From Blastomonas sp. (lineage in GTDB: Bacteria; Pseudomonadota; Alphaproteobacteria; Sphingomonadales; Sphingomonadaceae): a stretch of 64,000 nt of DNA. This document shows positions 37,318 to 48,700 of this stretch, piece by piece. The notes below the pieces were generated by a model that saw only the letters and a list, made by a program, of their open reading frames with translations, did not search any database and was not told where the DNA came from. The stretch spans positions 65,456 to 129,455 of the forward strand of contig NZ_JAUCZC010000007.1 of assembly GCF_030373265.1 (NCBI RefSeq). The letters run 5' to 3'. Position 1 is the stretch's first letter. Each line of letters opens with the position of its first letter. Both the position numbers and the translations under genes were made by a program.

Positions 37318-37391
37318 GGTGTGCGATCGACGCTAGACGCTTTGCAGGCTCAGCAGAAGGGGGCACGCGCCCTTCAACGCGCACCTTGGGC

Positions 37392-38215
37392 TTAAAAACC
37401 GGTGGACAGCGTCGCTGCCGCGCCCGAAGCGGGCTGCGCGTTGCCATCCACCCGCTGACGCCAGTCGAGCGCGACCGTCATCTGGCTGTCCCCGAGTGGC
37501 ATCGCCAGCGCTGCGCGCGGCCCCATATCGACCCAGTGGACCCAACGCAGCGCACCATCGGAATCCGATTCCTGCTGGCCACCGGCCCAGAGCCCGCCGC
37601 CCACCGATACAGTATGCCGATCGCGCGCCGCAACCTGCCGCGTGGACACCATCTGCCCATCGAAAACCCCCGGCGGGTGTTCAGGCCGACAACACCTGCC
37701 TGCGCAAAGGCTTTGACCTTAATCTGGCTACGGCCCAGCCTGGTGGCACCACCGGACACCAGCATCGCTGCGAACCGGGCCTTCTGGCCTTCGAAGAGGC
37801 CGAAGCGCCGCTCCACAGCCAGCTCGAGCGGAATGTTGCCCCATGGCCGCGCAGTGATGCCCAGCGCCAAGGTGCGGTCATCGGCACGTGCAAGTGCAGT
37901 GGCAGCGCAGGCATAGAGCGCAGACGCCTGCCCGCCATCGCCCAGGGCATGGCGCACGATCAACCCTGCCTGACTGCCGCCATACTGAGCGCCCAGCGCC
38001 AGCGCTGCGCTTCCGCCATTGGGGCGCACCAGCGACCAGGCATAGATCCACCAGCTTTTTTGTCGGGCCTGCAAAGCCAAGGCCCGGCCCCTATCGCCGC
38101 CGCCATGATCGCAAGGACATTGCCGACATGAGCGCGAGGGATCGACCACAGCGCCTGACGACAGCCAATTTGTGCTGCTACACGAATACCGCACCACCAT
38201 CCGCCACGCCAGCAT
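37392..38215 (-). pseudogene. possible frameshifted outer-membrane beta-barrel gene
   Basis: ORF 37478..38215 has beta-strand-like alternating sequence until ...GLNTRRGFSMG and then turns Arg/Trp-rich. ORF 37392..37652 in another frame continues plausibly and ends ...ATLSTGF, a typical OMP terminal Phe. The frames meet at homopolymers A4C5 (37663-37671). Confidence 0.35.
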
Positions 38216-38615
38216 CAGGCCTGCCGATCAGAAGGATGCTGAACACCGGGTAAAGAGGCGCAGGCGGATAAATGCCGGCACCCGCACACGCACCTGCGCG
38301 GGCGTTCAGCCAGCACACGAGCCCGCAATACCCCGCGATCACTCGCATCGCCAACAGCACAGAACGCCGGTCGTGCGCGCGCATCCAGATACCGGCGGTG
38401 CTGCGGCCCTAAACGGTACGCTCCCAGCCGCTAATTGCGTTGTAAATGGTCCATCGGGTCTTTTGCCGCACCGACGCGGTCGGCTCACCCGGAACATAGA
38501 AACAGGTTGCGATTAGATCGCCCGCCGCTCTGGTGAATGTGAATGCGAAAGGTGATCGCCAAGTTGCTGTTCGGCCGTCCCAAGAATTCCGCCCGGCGGG
38601 CCGGTCATCGCCCTG

Positions 38616-40160
38616 TCAAAGCGCCCAGGCCATCGGCAGGGAGCCGTCTGAATTGCGCGATCCGCTACTTTGTGCCTGAATGCCTGCTTCGCGCAATTTC
38701 GTCATAACATAATCGGTGGCATCGCCGCTGCCTCCTACCGTCACCGTCAGCCCCGTGCGCCGCCCCGCCCAGATCGCCAGCGCAAGGTTCGATGCCCCTT
38801 GCGTGTCGGGCGCGTCGCCATCGAAACTGACCGAGGGCAGCGGCACGGGGGGCGGGATCAGCTGCATCTGCCATTGCGGCTCGGCCTGGGCGAGACGCTG
38901 CTCGAGCGCACGATAGGTGGCAAGGCTGGCCCCGGGCAATGGCAGCGCGCGGACCTGCGCCAGCCTCTTGTCGCGATCCACCAGCACCGCATCGGGCGAA
39001 ACGCCCGCCATGATGGCCAGTTCGCGCCCGACCAAAGCCACGGCCTGCCGCTCCTTGCTGGCCTTGTCCCGCGCGGACGCCGAGGCGAGCTGGGCCGCTT
39101 CGGCATCCCCTGCCGCGGTGCCGACCCGGAACTGGTCGAGGCTCAACTTGACCGGCCGTTCCAGCAATTTCTGCAGCGAGGCTTCGCCCAGCCGGGCCGC
39201 GTCGTTGCGGTATTCGGGGGTCAGGATCGTCGCCCTGACCAGCAGCGGATCGGTCGAAAAATCGATATCGAGCTGATCGATCTTGGCCTGGCCGGGGAAT
39301 TGGTCGGCCAGCGCATCGCGCGTCTGACGCTGGGCACGGGCTTCCCAGGCGATCTGGCTGAGCGAATAGCCCAGCGGGATGGCCAGTGCCAGAAAAGCGG
39401 CGGTAATGACCGCCGCCTGGACGCCGCTCTGGCGGCTGGTCAGCTTCGGGCCGAACCCATACAGCCGCGCCATCACGGCAGCGGCGATCGCGATCGTCAT
39501 CAGGTTGGTGACGAACAGCATGAGCGCCCCGAAGAATACCGTTCCGTTGAGCGTCGCCAGCCCGAAGCCGACGGTGGCCAGCGGCGGCATCAACGCGGTG
39601 GCGATTGCCACGCCGACGATGGTGCCTTCGCGCCCGCGAATCATCGCATAGGCGCCGGCAAGGGCGGAAAACAGCGCGACCAGCAGATCGAACAGGTTGG
39701 GCCGGGTGCGCGCGACGATTTCGGGCGTGATGTCCTTGATCGGCGAGAAGAACACGATCAGCGCGGTAAACAGCACCGCCAGCAGCACGCCGCCGGCCAG
39801 GCTCATCGCCGTGCGGCGGATCTCGTTGCCGTCGACCAGTGCCATCCCGAAGCCCAGGCCGATGATCGGGCCCATCAGCGGCGAGATGAGCATGGCGCCG
39901 ATCACAACCGCAGGCGAGGACAGCAACAGCCCCAGCACCGCGATGCCTGCCGACATCAGAATCATGAACGCATAACGCGGGGTCAGCCCGGACTCGTCAT
40001 CGACCTTGGCGATGACCGCGCGGTGCTCGATCGAGGGGATCACCGATCCGCGCCACCATCGGCCGAGCGGGCCGGCGATCTGCACGGCAAACGCTTCGAG
40101 GCGACCGGCAATGCCACCGCGTCTTTGCGCGATCACAGTCTGGTCGGGCTGGTCGGTCAT
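38616..40160 (-). CDS. DUF389-like integral membrane protein
   Basis: 514 aa with multiple TM helices, the motif AVVIGAMLISPLMGPIIGLG and a long soluble C-terminal region. Confidence 0.55.
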   Translation of the reverse strand: MTDQPDQTVIAQRRGGIAGRLEAFAVQIAGPLGRWWRGSVIPSIEHRAVIAKVDDESGLTPRYAFMILMSAGIAVLGLLLSSPAVVIGAMLISPLMGPIIGLGFGMALVDGNEIRRTAMSLAGGVLLAVLFTALIVFFSPIKDITPEIVARTRPNLFDLLVALFSALAGAYAMIRGREGTIVGVAIATALMPPLATVGFGLATLNGTVFFGALMLFVTNLMTIAIAAAVMARLYGFGPKLTSRQSGVQAAVITAAFLALAIPLGYSLSQIAWEARAQRQTRDALADQFPGQAKIDQLDIDFSTDPLLVRATILTPEYRNDAARLGEASLQKLLERPVKLSLDQFRVGTAAGDAEAAQLASASARDKASKERQAVALVGRELAIMAGVSPDAVLVDRDKRLAQVRALPLPGASLATYRALEQRLAQAEPQWQMQLIPPPVPLPSVSFDGDAPDTQGASNLALAIWAGRRTGLTVTVGGSGDATDYVMTKLREAGIQAQSSGSRNSDGSLPMAWAL

Positions 40161-40301
40161 CGTCTCTCACCATCTGCGGCCTGGCCAGGGGTGGACCGGC
40201 TAAGGCTTTGGCGATAGACGGATAAGGCCCGCCGTGCCAGATGCCCGCAGCGTTTTTTGCCGCGACGCGACCGCGAATGACAGTAAAAAGGTGACACAGC
40301 C

Positions 40302-41615
40302 ATGACCAGGATCAACCGTTTCGGCCTGCTGGTGCTTTTGCTGCTGTGCGCGGCTTGTGCCCCCAAGACCGGACCCCAGGCGACGGCCAGCACAGATCCG
40401 ATCGACGATATCGCGCGGCAATATGTCATGCTTTCGCTCGAAATCGGCACGCACGAAGATGGCTATATCGATGCCTATTACGGCCCGGCGGAGTGGAAAC
40501 GTGCGGCCGAGGCCTCGCCGCGCGCGCTACCTGCGCTCGCCCAGGCAGTCGATGCGCTGGACGGGCGGATCGCTGCACTTGATGTGACCGGCCGCGAAGC
40601 GATGGTACAGCGCCGGGTCACGTTCCTGCGGGCCCAGCTCAACGCGGCGCGGACCCGGCTGCGGATGCTGCGCGGCGAGACATTGAGCTTCCGCGAGGAA
40701 TCGCTCGGCCTGTTCGGCGCCACCCCGGACATCCAGCCGCTGGCAAGCTATGACCCTGTGCTCAGCCGGATCGAGGCGCTGCTCCCGGGCGCGGGCACGC
40801 TCGCCGAGCGGGTCGATGCGTTCCAGGAGCAATTCGTCATTCCCGCCGACCGGCTGCAACCCGTGTTCGACCGCGCGATCGCCGAATGCCGGGCGCGCAC
40901 CGCGGCCCACATCCCGTTGCCCAAGGGCGAGAGCTTCCGCATGGAGTTCGTCACCGGCAAGCCGTGGAGCGGGTACAATTATTATCAGGGCAACCTCGCC
41001 AGCCTGATCCAGATCAACACCGATCTGCCGATCCGCATCAGCCGCGCGGTCGATCTGGGCTGTCACGAAGGCTATCCGGGCCATCACGCGCTCAACTATC
41101 TGCTCGAACAGCGACTGATGCGGGGACGCGGCTGGATGGAATACAGCGTCTATCCCCTTTACAGCCCGCAAAGCCTGATCGCCGAAGGCTCGGCCAATTA
41201 CGGGATCGACCTGGCGTTTCCCGGCGACCAGAAGCTCGCCTTCGAAATGCGCGAGCTTTATCCGCTGGCGGGACTGGCCACCACCGATGCGGCGCGTCTG
41301 GCCGCGCTGCAGGAGGCGTTGACCGGCCTGCGCGGCGCGCGTTTCACGATCGCGCAGATGTATCTGGATGGCCAAATCGACCGCGATCGTGCCATCGCCC
41401 TGACGCAGAAATACCAGTTGATGAGCGAGGCGCGGGCAAAGCAGTCGATCGGCTTTACCGACACCTATCGCAGCTATGTCATCAATTACGGGCTGGGGCA
41501 GGACATGGTGGGCGAATTCGTCGAGGCCGCAGGATCCGATGCCAAATCCCGCTGGGCGGCGATGGAACGCGTGATCAGCGAACCGACTTTGCCCGCTGAT
41601 TTGGCGGTGCGCTAA
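40302..41615 (+). CDS. DUF885-like lipoprotein (putative metallopeptidase-like)
   Basis: 437 aa with lipobox LLLLCAAC near the N-terminus and a GCHEGYPGHH motif resembling the DUF885 HExxPGHH signature. Confidence 0.5.
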   Translation: MTRINRFGLLVLLLLCAACAPKTGPQATASTDPIDDIARQYVMLSLEIGTHEDGYIDAYYGPAEWKRAAEASPRALPALAQAVDALDGRIAALDVTGREAMVQRRVTFLRAQLNAARTRLRMLRGETLSFREESLGLFGATPDIQPLASYDPVLSRIEALLPGAGTLAERVDAFQEQFVIPADRLQPVFDRAIAECRARTAAHIPLPKGESFRMEFVTGKPWSGYNYYQGNLASLIQINTDLPIRISRAVDLGCHEGYPGHHALNYLLEQRLMRGRGWMEYSVYPLYSPQSLIAEGSANYGIDLAFPGDQKLAFEMRELYPLAGLATTDAARLAALQEALTGLRGARFTIAQMYLDGQIDRDRAIALTQKYQLMSEARAKQSIGFTDTYRSYVINYGLGQDMVGEFVEAAGSDAKSRWAAMERVISEPTLPADLAVR

Positions 41616-41626
41616 GCACCACTTCC

Positions 41627-41706
41627 GTCATTCCCGCGAACGCGGGAATCCCGCTATTGCGCCAAGGGCAGCGCACAAGCGGGACCCCCGCCTGCGCGGG
41701 GGTGAC
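41627..41706 (+). repeat. 80-bp REP/MITE-like intergenic element, copy 1
   Basis: GTCATTCCCGCGAACGCGGGAATCCCGC...GCGGGACCCCCGCCTGCGCGGGGGTGAC with two hairpins. A near-identical copy in the same orientation lies at 62893-62972. Confidence 0.8.
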
Positions 41707-41746
41707 GTGGTGAGATGCAGCCATCCAAGGCTATTGGAACGCCCGG

Positions 41747-42169
41747 TCAGCTTGCAAACAGCATCGCGTCGTCGGCAAACGCCTTGAACTCGAGCGCATT
41801 GCCGGCCGGGTCGTGAAAGAACATCGTCGCCTGTTCGCCGACCTGGCCGGCGAACCGGATATGCGGTTCGATGACGAAGCGCGTCCCCGCCGCATGCAGC
41901 CGCTCGCCCAGCGCCTGCCAATCCGTCATGGTCAGAACGACGCCGAAATGCGGAACCGGCACATCATGGCCATCGACGGGATTGTGGTGCGCTCGCGCGC
42001 CGCTGGCTGCGGGATCGAGATGCGCGACGATCTGGTGACCGAACAGGTCGAAATCGATCCAGTGATCGGACGATCGTCCTTCGCCGCAGCCCAGCACATC
42101 GCGATAGAAGCGCCGCGCGGCGTCGAGGTCATCGACCGGGAAGGCGAGGTGAAAGGGTCTGAGAGCCAT
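41747..42169 (-). CDS. VOC/glyoxalase-family protein
   Basis: 140 aa from ATG 42169 ([28 protein letters not shown]..., ...[12 protein letters not shown]). Confidence 0.7.
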   Translation of the reverse strand: MALRPFHLAFPVDDLDAARRFYRDVLGCGEGRSSDHWIDFDLFGHQIVAHLDPAASGARAHHNPVDGHDVPVPHFGVVLTMTDWQALGERLHAAGTRFVIEPHIRFAGQVGEQATMFFHDPAGNALEFKAFADDAMLFAS

Positions 42170-42182
42170 GAATACGCGCGGC

Positions 42183-42716
42183 TCAGAAAGTCGCCAGCGC
42201 GGCGCCGAGCCCGGTGGCCACGACGTTGATGACGATCGGCTTGCCTTCAAGGTCGAGAAATACCAGTTCGAGCTTCTGCGCTTTCTTGAGGTGGTCCATA
42301 TCGGCAACGGCCAAGGGCTTTTCCGCAATGCAACCTTCGGGCAGGCAGCGGCTGAACACGATCTGGTCGATGCCCTTTGCCTTGTCGCCGTCGATCTGGA
42401 TCAGCGCGCCGGTGTCCAGCCGCACGCCCAGCGGTACCTTGACCAGCAACCCGGTCTTGCCGGTCGACTTCTGCTTGGCGATGGCGACGCGGATCACTTC
42501 CTTGCCGTTGGCCTCGTCGATCAGCGACTGGACGGTATCGCAGATTTCGGCCTCGCCAGCGCCCTTGCATCCGGTGGTCCAGGGCTTGGCGCCATCGGCC
42601 ACCTTCTGGGCGGCGGCAGGCGCTGCCTGCTGCGGCGCCTGCTGGGCCGCCAGAGGTGCGCCCATCAAGGCAACGGGCGCAAGACAGATAAGGGTGCGGA
42701 GCATGAAGCGCATCAC
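42183..42716 (-). CDS. invasion-associated locus B (IalB) family protein
   Basis: 177 aa with a signal peptide and an IalB-like pattern ([16 protein letters not shown] ..., [12 protein letters not shown]). It starts 12 nt after the tpsA stop. Confidence 0.7.
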   Translation of the reverse strand: MMRFMLRTLICLAPVALMGAPLAAQQAPQQAAPAAAQKVADGAKPWTTGCKGAGEAEICDTVQSLIDEANGKEVIRVAIAKQKSTGKTGLLVKVPLGVRLDTGALIQIDGDKAKGIDQIVFSRCLPEGCIAEKPLAVADMDHLKKAQKLELVFLDLEGKPIVINVVATGLGAALATF

Positions 42717-42728
42717 ATCAAACTTTCT

Positions 42729-45700
42729 TCATTGGGCGGGCTGAAACGTCCACAGCGGTACCGGCGCAGCCGAGCACAGGCTGATATACGTACAGCCGGT
42801 ACGCTGTCCACCGCCCCGCGACGGATCGCCGGGCTGCGCGGAATCGAGCGGACGGGTTTCGGGCGCGAGCAGCACCGGCAACGGCGCGGCCAATCCCTGG
42901 AGGACCTGGAGCGGCGATGTCGCATTGGGGGTCTCCGGCATCGCAACGCTACCCTGACCGGGCAATGCGATCACCGGCGGAGGAGGGTTTGCCGGCACAG
43001 GCGTCGATGGCGCTGCATCCGATCCAGCCCCGGGAGGCTGGGCCACCGGGTCGTCGCCGGTCGTTCCGCCCCCGGCCGGAGGCGGCACGATAACGGGAGG
43101 ATTGGCGGCTGGCGGGTTAGCGGCCGGCGGATCCTGCGTCGGTGGCATGATCGGTGCGAGCACGGTCATCACGCCGGGACGGTAGGTGATCTGATAGTTG
43201 CGCGCGGTACCGCGCGAGGCGTTGATGACATACTGGCCGGAGGCAGCGCTTCCGCCACCCGACGAGCGCAGCACCAGCCCGGTGACGACATCGCCAGTAT
43301 CGCCATTGCGCAGGCCCGAATAGCTCACCGTCAGCACCGGATCGCCGCTGCCTTGCTCTGTCACCAGGCTGTTCGCGGTGATCAGCAGCCGCGCGCGATC
43401 GATTGTCAGGCGACCGGCCGTGTAAGCGAAGTCGTAGTTCAGCGCTGAAGCACCCGATGCGGTGATTGCGTAGCTGCCGACATCCGAGCCGATGGAGGCA
43501 ACGGTGCCGAACGTCAGGCCGCTGACGACATCGGCGCGATCGCCGTTGCGGAAGCCTGTGATCATCGCGCCGAATGCGGGGTTGTCCAGTCCGTATTCAC
43601 GATTGGCATTGCTGACCCGCACCTGCAGCAGCGCCTTGGTGATGGTCAGCGTGCCGGGGATGTAATCGAAACGGTAATTGGCCGCCGTGGCTCCCGATCC
43701 GGTGATCACATAGTCGCCGACGTTAGTCCGCACGATTGCCCCGGTGCGCAGCCTGAGCCCTGAGACCACCGCATCGGTGTCACCATTGCGGAACCCGGTG
43801 ATGCTGGCGGTCAGCGCGGGGTTGGCAGAGCCATACACCCGGGTTTTGCTGTCCACGGTCACCGTGAGCGGCGCAGGCGTGATCGCCAGCGTGCCGGGGA
43901 TGTACGCGAAGTCATAGTTCAGCGCGCTGCCGCCTGATACGCCTATGCTGTAATTGCCGACACCCGATGCATTGGTCGCAGGGGTCGCAAGCACCAGCCC
44001 GCTGATCACAGATGCGGTGTCGCCATTGCGAAGGCCAGCGATCGTGCTGGTCAACACAGGATTGGCAAGGCCGTATTCGCGAGCCAGGCTGTCCGCGCTG
44101 ATGGTCAGCAGCGCCCTGGTGATCGTCAGCGTGCCCGGCACATAGGCGAAGTCGTAATTGGTGGCAGATGCCCCCGATCCGGTGATGACATAGCTGCCGA
44201 CATCCGATCCCGCCGTGGCGGGGGTACCGTACACCAGCCCGGAGATCACGCTCGCGGTATTGCCGTTGCGCAGGCCGGTCACCGATCCGGTGAAGCCCGG
44301 GTTGGCCAGGCCATATTCGCGCGTCGCATCGTTGGCGGTCACCGTCAGCAGCGCCCGCGTGATCGTCAGCGTACCGGGCGTATAGGCAAAGTCGTAATTC
44401 GCCGCCGCGCCGCCCGATCCGGTAATCGCGAACGTGCCGACGTCGGACGCGGCGGTGGCCGCCGAGCCGTAGACCAGACCCGAGACCACGCTGGCGGTAT
44501 CGCCCGCGCGCAGCCCTGTGATCGATCCAGTGAACACCGGGTTGGCGAGGCCGTATTCGCGGCTCGCATCGTCGGCGGCAACGGTGAGCAGCGCCCGCGT
44601 AATCGTCAGTGTGCCGGGAACATAGCTGAAGTCGTAATTGGTGGCGGACGCCCCCGAACCTGTGATGGCGTAGCTGCCAATGCCCGAGTTGAGCACCGCG
44701 TTGCTGCCATAGACCAGCCCCGACACCACGCCGTCATCGTCGCCATTGAGGAACCCGCTGATCGAACCGGTGAACGCCGGGTCGGCAAGGCCATATTCGC
44801 GCGTGGCATCGTCGGCGATCACGGTGAGCAGAGCCTTGGTGATCGTCAGCGTGCCCGGAACATAGGCGAAGTCGTAATTGGTGGCAGATGCCCCCGATCC
44901 GGTGATGACATAGCTGCCGACATCCGATCCCGCCGTGGCGGGGGTACCGTACACCAGCCCGGAGATCACGCTCGCGGTATTGCCGTTGCGCAGGCCGGTC
45001 ACCGATCCGGTGAAGCCCGGGTTGGCCAGGCCATATTCGCGCGTCGCATCGTTGGCGGTCACCGTCAGCAGCGCCCGCGTGATCGTCAGCGTACCGGGCG
45101 TATAGGCAAAGTCGTAATTCGCCGCCGCGCCGCCCGATCCGGTAATCGCGAACGTGCCGACGTCGGACGCGGCGGTGGCCGCCGAGCCGTAGACCAGACC
45201 CGAGACCACGCTGGCGGTATCGCCCGCGCGCAGCCCTGTGATCGATCCAGTGAACACCGGGTTGGCGAGGCCGTATTCGCGGCTCGCATCGTCGGCGGCA
45301 ACGGTGAGCAGCGCCCGCGTAATCGTCAGTGTGCCGGGAACATAGCTGAAGTCGTAATTGGTGGCGGACGCCCCCGAACCTGTGATGGCGTAGCTGCCAA
45401 TGCCCGAGTTGAGCACCGCGTTGCTGCCATAGACCAGCCCCGACACCACGCCGTCATCGTCGCCATTGAGGAACCCGCTGATCGAACCGGTGAACGCCGG
45501 GTCGGCAAGGCCATATTCGCGCGTGGCATCGTCGGCGATCACGGTGAGCAGAGCCTTGGTGATCGTCAGCGTGCCCGGAACATAGGCGAAGTCGTAATTG
45601 GTCGCGGTCGCGCCCGAGCCGGTGATGCTGTAGAGTCCGGCATCGGATGTGATCAGCGCATCGCTGCCATAGACCAGCCCCGAGATCACGCTTTGCGTGT

Positions 45701-48700
45701 CCGAATTGAGCAGGCCGGTGATCGATCCGGTGAACAGCGGATCGGACGCGCCATATGGGCGGCTGGCATCATCGGCGGTCACCGTCAGCAGCGCCTTGGT
45801 GATGGTCAGCGTGCCCGGAACATAATCGAAGTCGTAATTGTCGGCAAAGGCCTCGCCCAGATCGATGGTATAGCTGCCCACGTCCGAGGTGATGTCGGCG
45901 ATGGTGCTGAAGCTGGGGCTGGACAGGATCACGCTTGCGTCATCGCCGTTGACGAAGCCCGAATAGGTGACCGTGAACGCCGGATTGTCGAGACCATATT
46001 GCCGCGTCTGGTCGTCGGCGCGTGCGGTGAGCAGCGCCCGCAGCGTCGTCAGCGCGCCGGTGACGAAATCGAAGCCATAGCCGACATCGGAGACCAGCGT
46101 GCCGGCATCGATGAAGATCGTGTCGGTGCCGGCATTGCCCGAAGCGAAATCGAACAGGTTCGGCGCGCCGCTGAACGCATAGGCCTCGCTCTCGCCATTG
46201 ACCAGTCCCGAGAACTGGAAGCCATAGGCCGGCGTTGCCTCGCCATAGGTCCGCGTCGCATCATCGGCGGTGAAGGTGAGGATCGGCTGGCGGGAGAAGA
46301 TGAACAGGTTGCCCGGCTGGGTGATGGTGTCGGGCTGCGCCAACACGAAATTGCGGTTATACAGATTGTTGCCGGTCAGGCCGCCGCGATCGATAACGTC
46401 ATAGTCATCCGAATAGACCAGGAAGCGGCCACTACCGGTCAGGTTGAAGACACCGGCGCCTGCCAGATTGGTAAACACATCGCTGCGCACGACAATGGCG
46501 TAGTCAGGGCCACTCGCGGTCAGCACCGCCCCTGGCAGAAGCGTGACACCGGCGTTGCCCGACATCCCGGCATTGAGGACTTCGATCGCGCTGGCCGTGA
46601 CCGACCCCAGGCTGATGGCACCGGACTGGAAGAACGTGTGATCGTTGCCCGACGAAATGCCGACACCCACAAAACCGGTTCCGGCGTCGATGAAGCCGCC
46701 CGGGCCGAAGGTGATCACCGCATCGCCTGAATCGCGGAAGGCATCGACCACGCCATTGGCCACGAGATCATTGGCGATCAGGTTCACGCTGCCGTTATCG
46801 GAGACGATCCCGGCGTTGACGAAGATCGAACGGCCCGCCCGGAAGGTCAGGAAACCGCCGTCGCCCGAAGGGTTGTCGACGAGAATAGCGGCATTGACGG
46901 TGATGTCGTTGTTGGCCTGCAATTCGACACCGGTGCCGCCGGACAGGATCGCGGCGAGCGCGCTGGCGCTGATCGTCACGTCCGCGCCGGGATCGTCGCC
47001 AAATCCGAACCCGGGCAGTACGCTTTCGCCCAGCGAGAAGAAATAGGCCGCGCCCGATGCTTCGGCCTGACCATCGGGTCCGTTGCTGCGCGGCGCGCCG
47101 ACAACCAGGCGCCCGGCGTCGATCGACAGACCGAGGCCGAAATCGCTGTCGAGCGTGTCTGCAACCGCAATGTCATTGGGGCCGGTGACGTCGGCCCCGG
47201 CGCGGAAATCCAGACCGGGCGCTGCAAAGCTGGGGTTGGCGAAGCTGAACACATAGGCAATGCTCGAACCGAAGGTGCCCGCCGCCAGGCTGAGCCCGTC
47301 GAGCGCGACCGACGCGCCGAAACCGGCCAGCCCGCTGAGCGAAAGGTTGTTGCCGCCGGCATAGCCCTCGCCGATGGTGCCCACCAGCGAACCGCCGGTC
47401 AGATCGCTGCTCGCAAAGGTGAACAGATGCACCGCGCCGGCCTGCGGAGCCGCGTTGGTGAACCCGCCATCCAGCGCCGCGCCGACAGCGAGCCGATATC
47501 CATCCAGCGCCACCGACGAGCCGAACCGGTCCGCCGCATCGAGGACGGCCGAAAGGTTGACGTCGCCCGCGCCATTATACCCGGCGCCCATCGTCCCGAT
47601 CAGCGCCGTACCGGTGAACATGTCGTCGGCAAAGCCGAACAGATAGACCGCACCGGAACCCGCCACATCACCGCCAAAGCCGTTATCGTTGGGCGAACCC
47701 ACGGCAAGACGGTTGCCGCTCAGCGATACGGCGGTCCCGAAGCCCGCGCCGGCTGCCAGCGCGAGGTTTAAGTCGCCGCCACCGAGATAGCCATTGCCGA
47801 TCCGCGCTATCTGGGCAGGGTCGCTGAAGGCCGCGTCGCTGAAGCCGAACAGATAGACCGCGCCGGACAGCAAGGCGCTGTCCCCCTCGCCGCCATCGAA
47901 CGGCGCGCCGACCGCCAGCCGGTTGCCGTCGAGCGAGACAGCGGTGCCGAAAAGGTCGTCGGCGGCCAATCCGCCGACCGAGAGGTTCTTGCCCCCCGAA
48001 TAGCCCGCGCCGATGACACCCTCGAGCACCGGTGCGGCAAAATCGGCATCGGCGAAGGTGAACAGATAGACCGCACCCGCGTTAGCCACAGCACCCAGCG
48101 CACCATCGTCGCCCGGCGCTCCCACCGCCAGCCGGTTGCCATCGAGCGAGAGCGAGCGACCGAACGCATCGAACGCCCCATCGGGACCCTGCGCGCCGTC
48201 TGGAAATGTCAGGTCGATTCCCAGGGCCGAGCGATAGCCCGCGCCGATCGTGCCGGCCAGCCTTCCGCCCGTGAAAGCAGGGTCGTCGAAGGTGAACAGG
48301 TGCACCGCGCCGATGTTGAAAAAGGCATCGCCCGGACCATCGTCGGATGCGGCCCCCACCGCCAGGCGATTGCCATCCAGCGCCACCGATATGCCGAAAT
48401 CGTCGAAGAACCCGAGGTCTACACCGACATTCTTGCCGCCGGAATAATCCCGCCCGATGGTCGCCTCGAGCACGGGACCGGTGAACTGATCATCGGCGAA
48501 GCTGAAGGCGTAGACCGCACCGGCCCCGTCTGTGTCATTGAAGGCGCCATTGTCCCGCGTCGCGCCAACGACAAGGCGGTTGCCGTCGAGCGACACGCTG
48601 GTTCCGAAATAATCGCCTGAAGACAGCTGCGACAGATCGATGTCGTCCGCGCCGGAATAGCCGAAGCCGATGGTCGAGCGCAGGCTGCCGCCGCCGAACT

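Noticed and set aside
35533-37447. 602-aa ORF 35639..37447 as a single large protein
   Set aside because: Only its last 254 aa (from Met at 36403, with a signal peptide) look like protein. The upstream part overlaps the TauE-family gene in another frame and is Arg/Gly/Ala-rich.
38670-40217. 515-aa plus-strand ORF
   Set aside because: It is antisense to the multi-TM DUF389-like gene, extremely Arg/Gly/Asp-rich, and has no motifs.
42729-43200. Possible CdiA-type C-terminal toxin with a downstream immunity gene
   Set aside because: The C-terminus is a Pro/Ala-rich low-complexity tail with no VENN or other pre-toxin motif that I can see. The next gene is a secreted IalB-family protein rather than a small cytoplasmic immunity protein.
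43200-46300. Regularly spaced ~240-bp repeats that could suggest a CRISPR-like array
   Set aside because: The repeats are in-frame protein domains (MBG-type) inside tpsA, with no short conserved repeat plus unique spacer structure and no cas genes. I saw no CRISPR array anywhere in the window.
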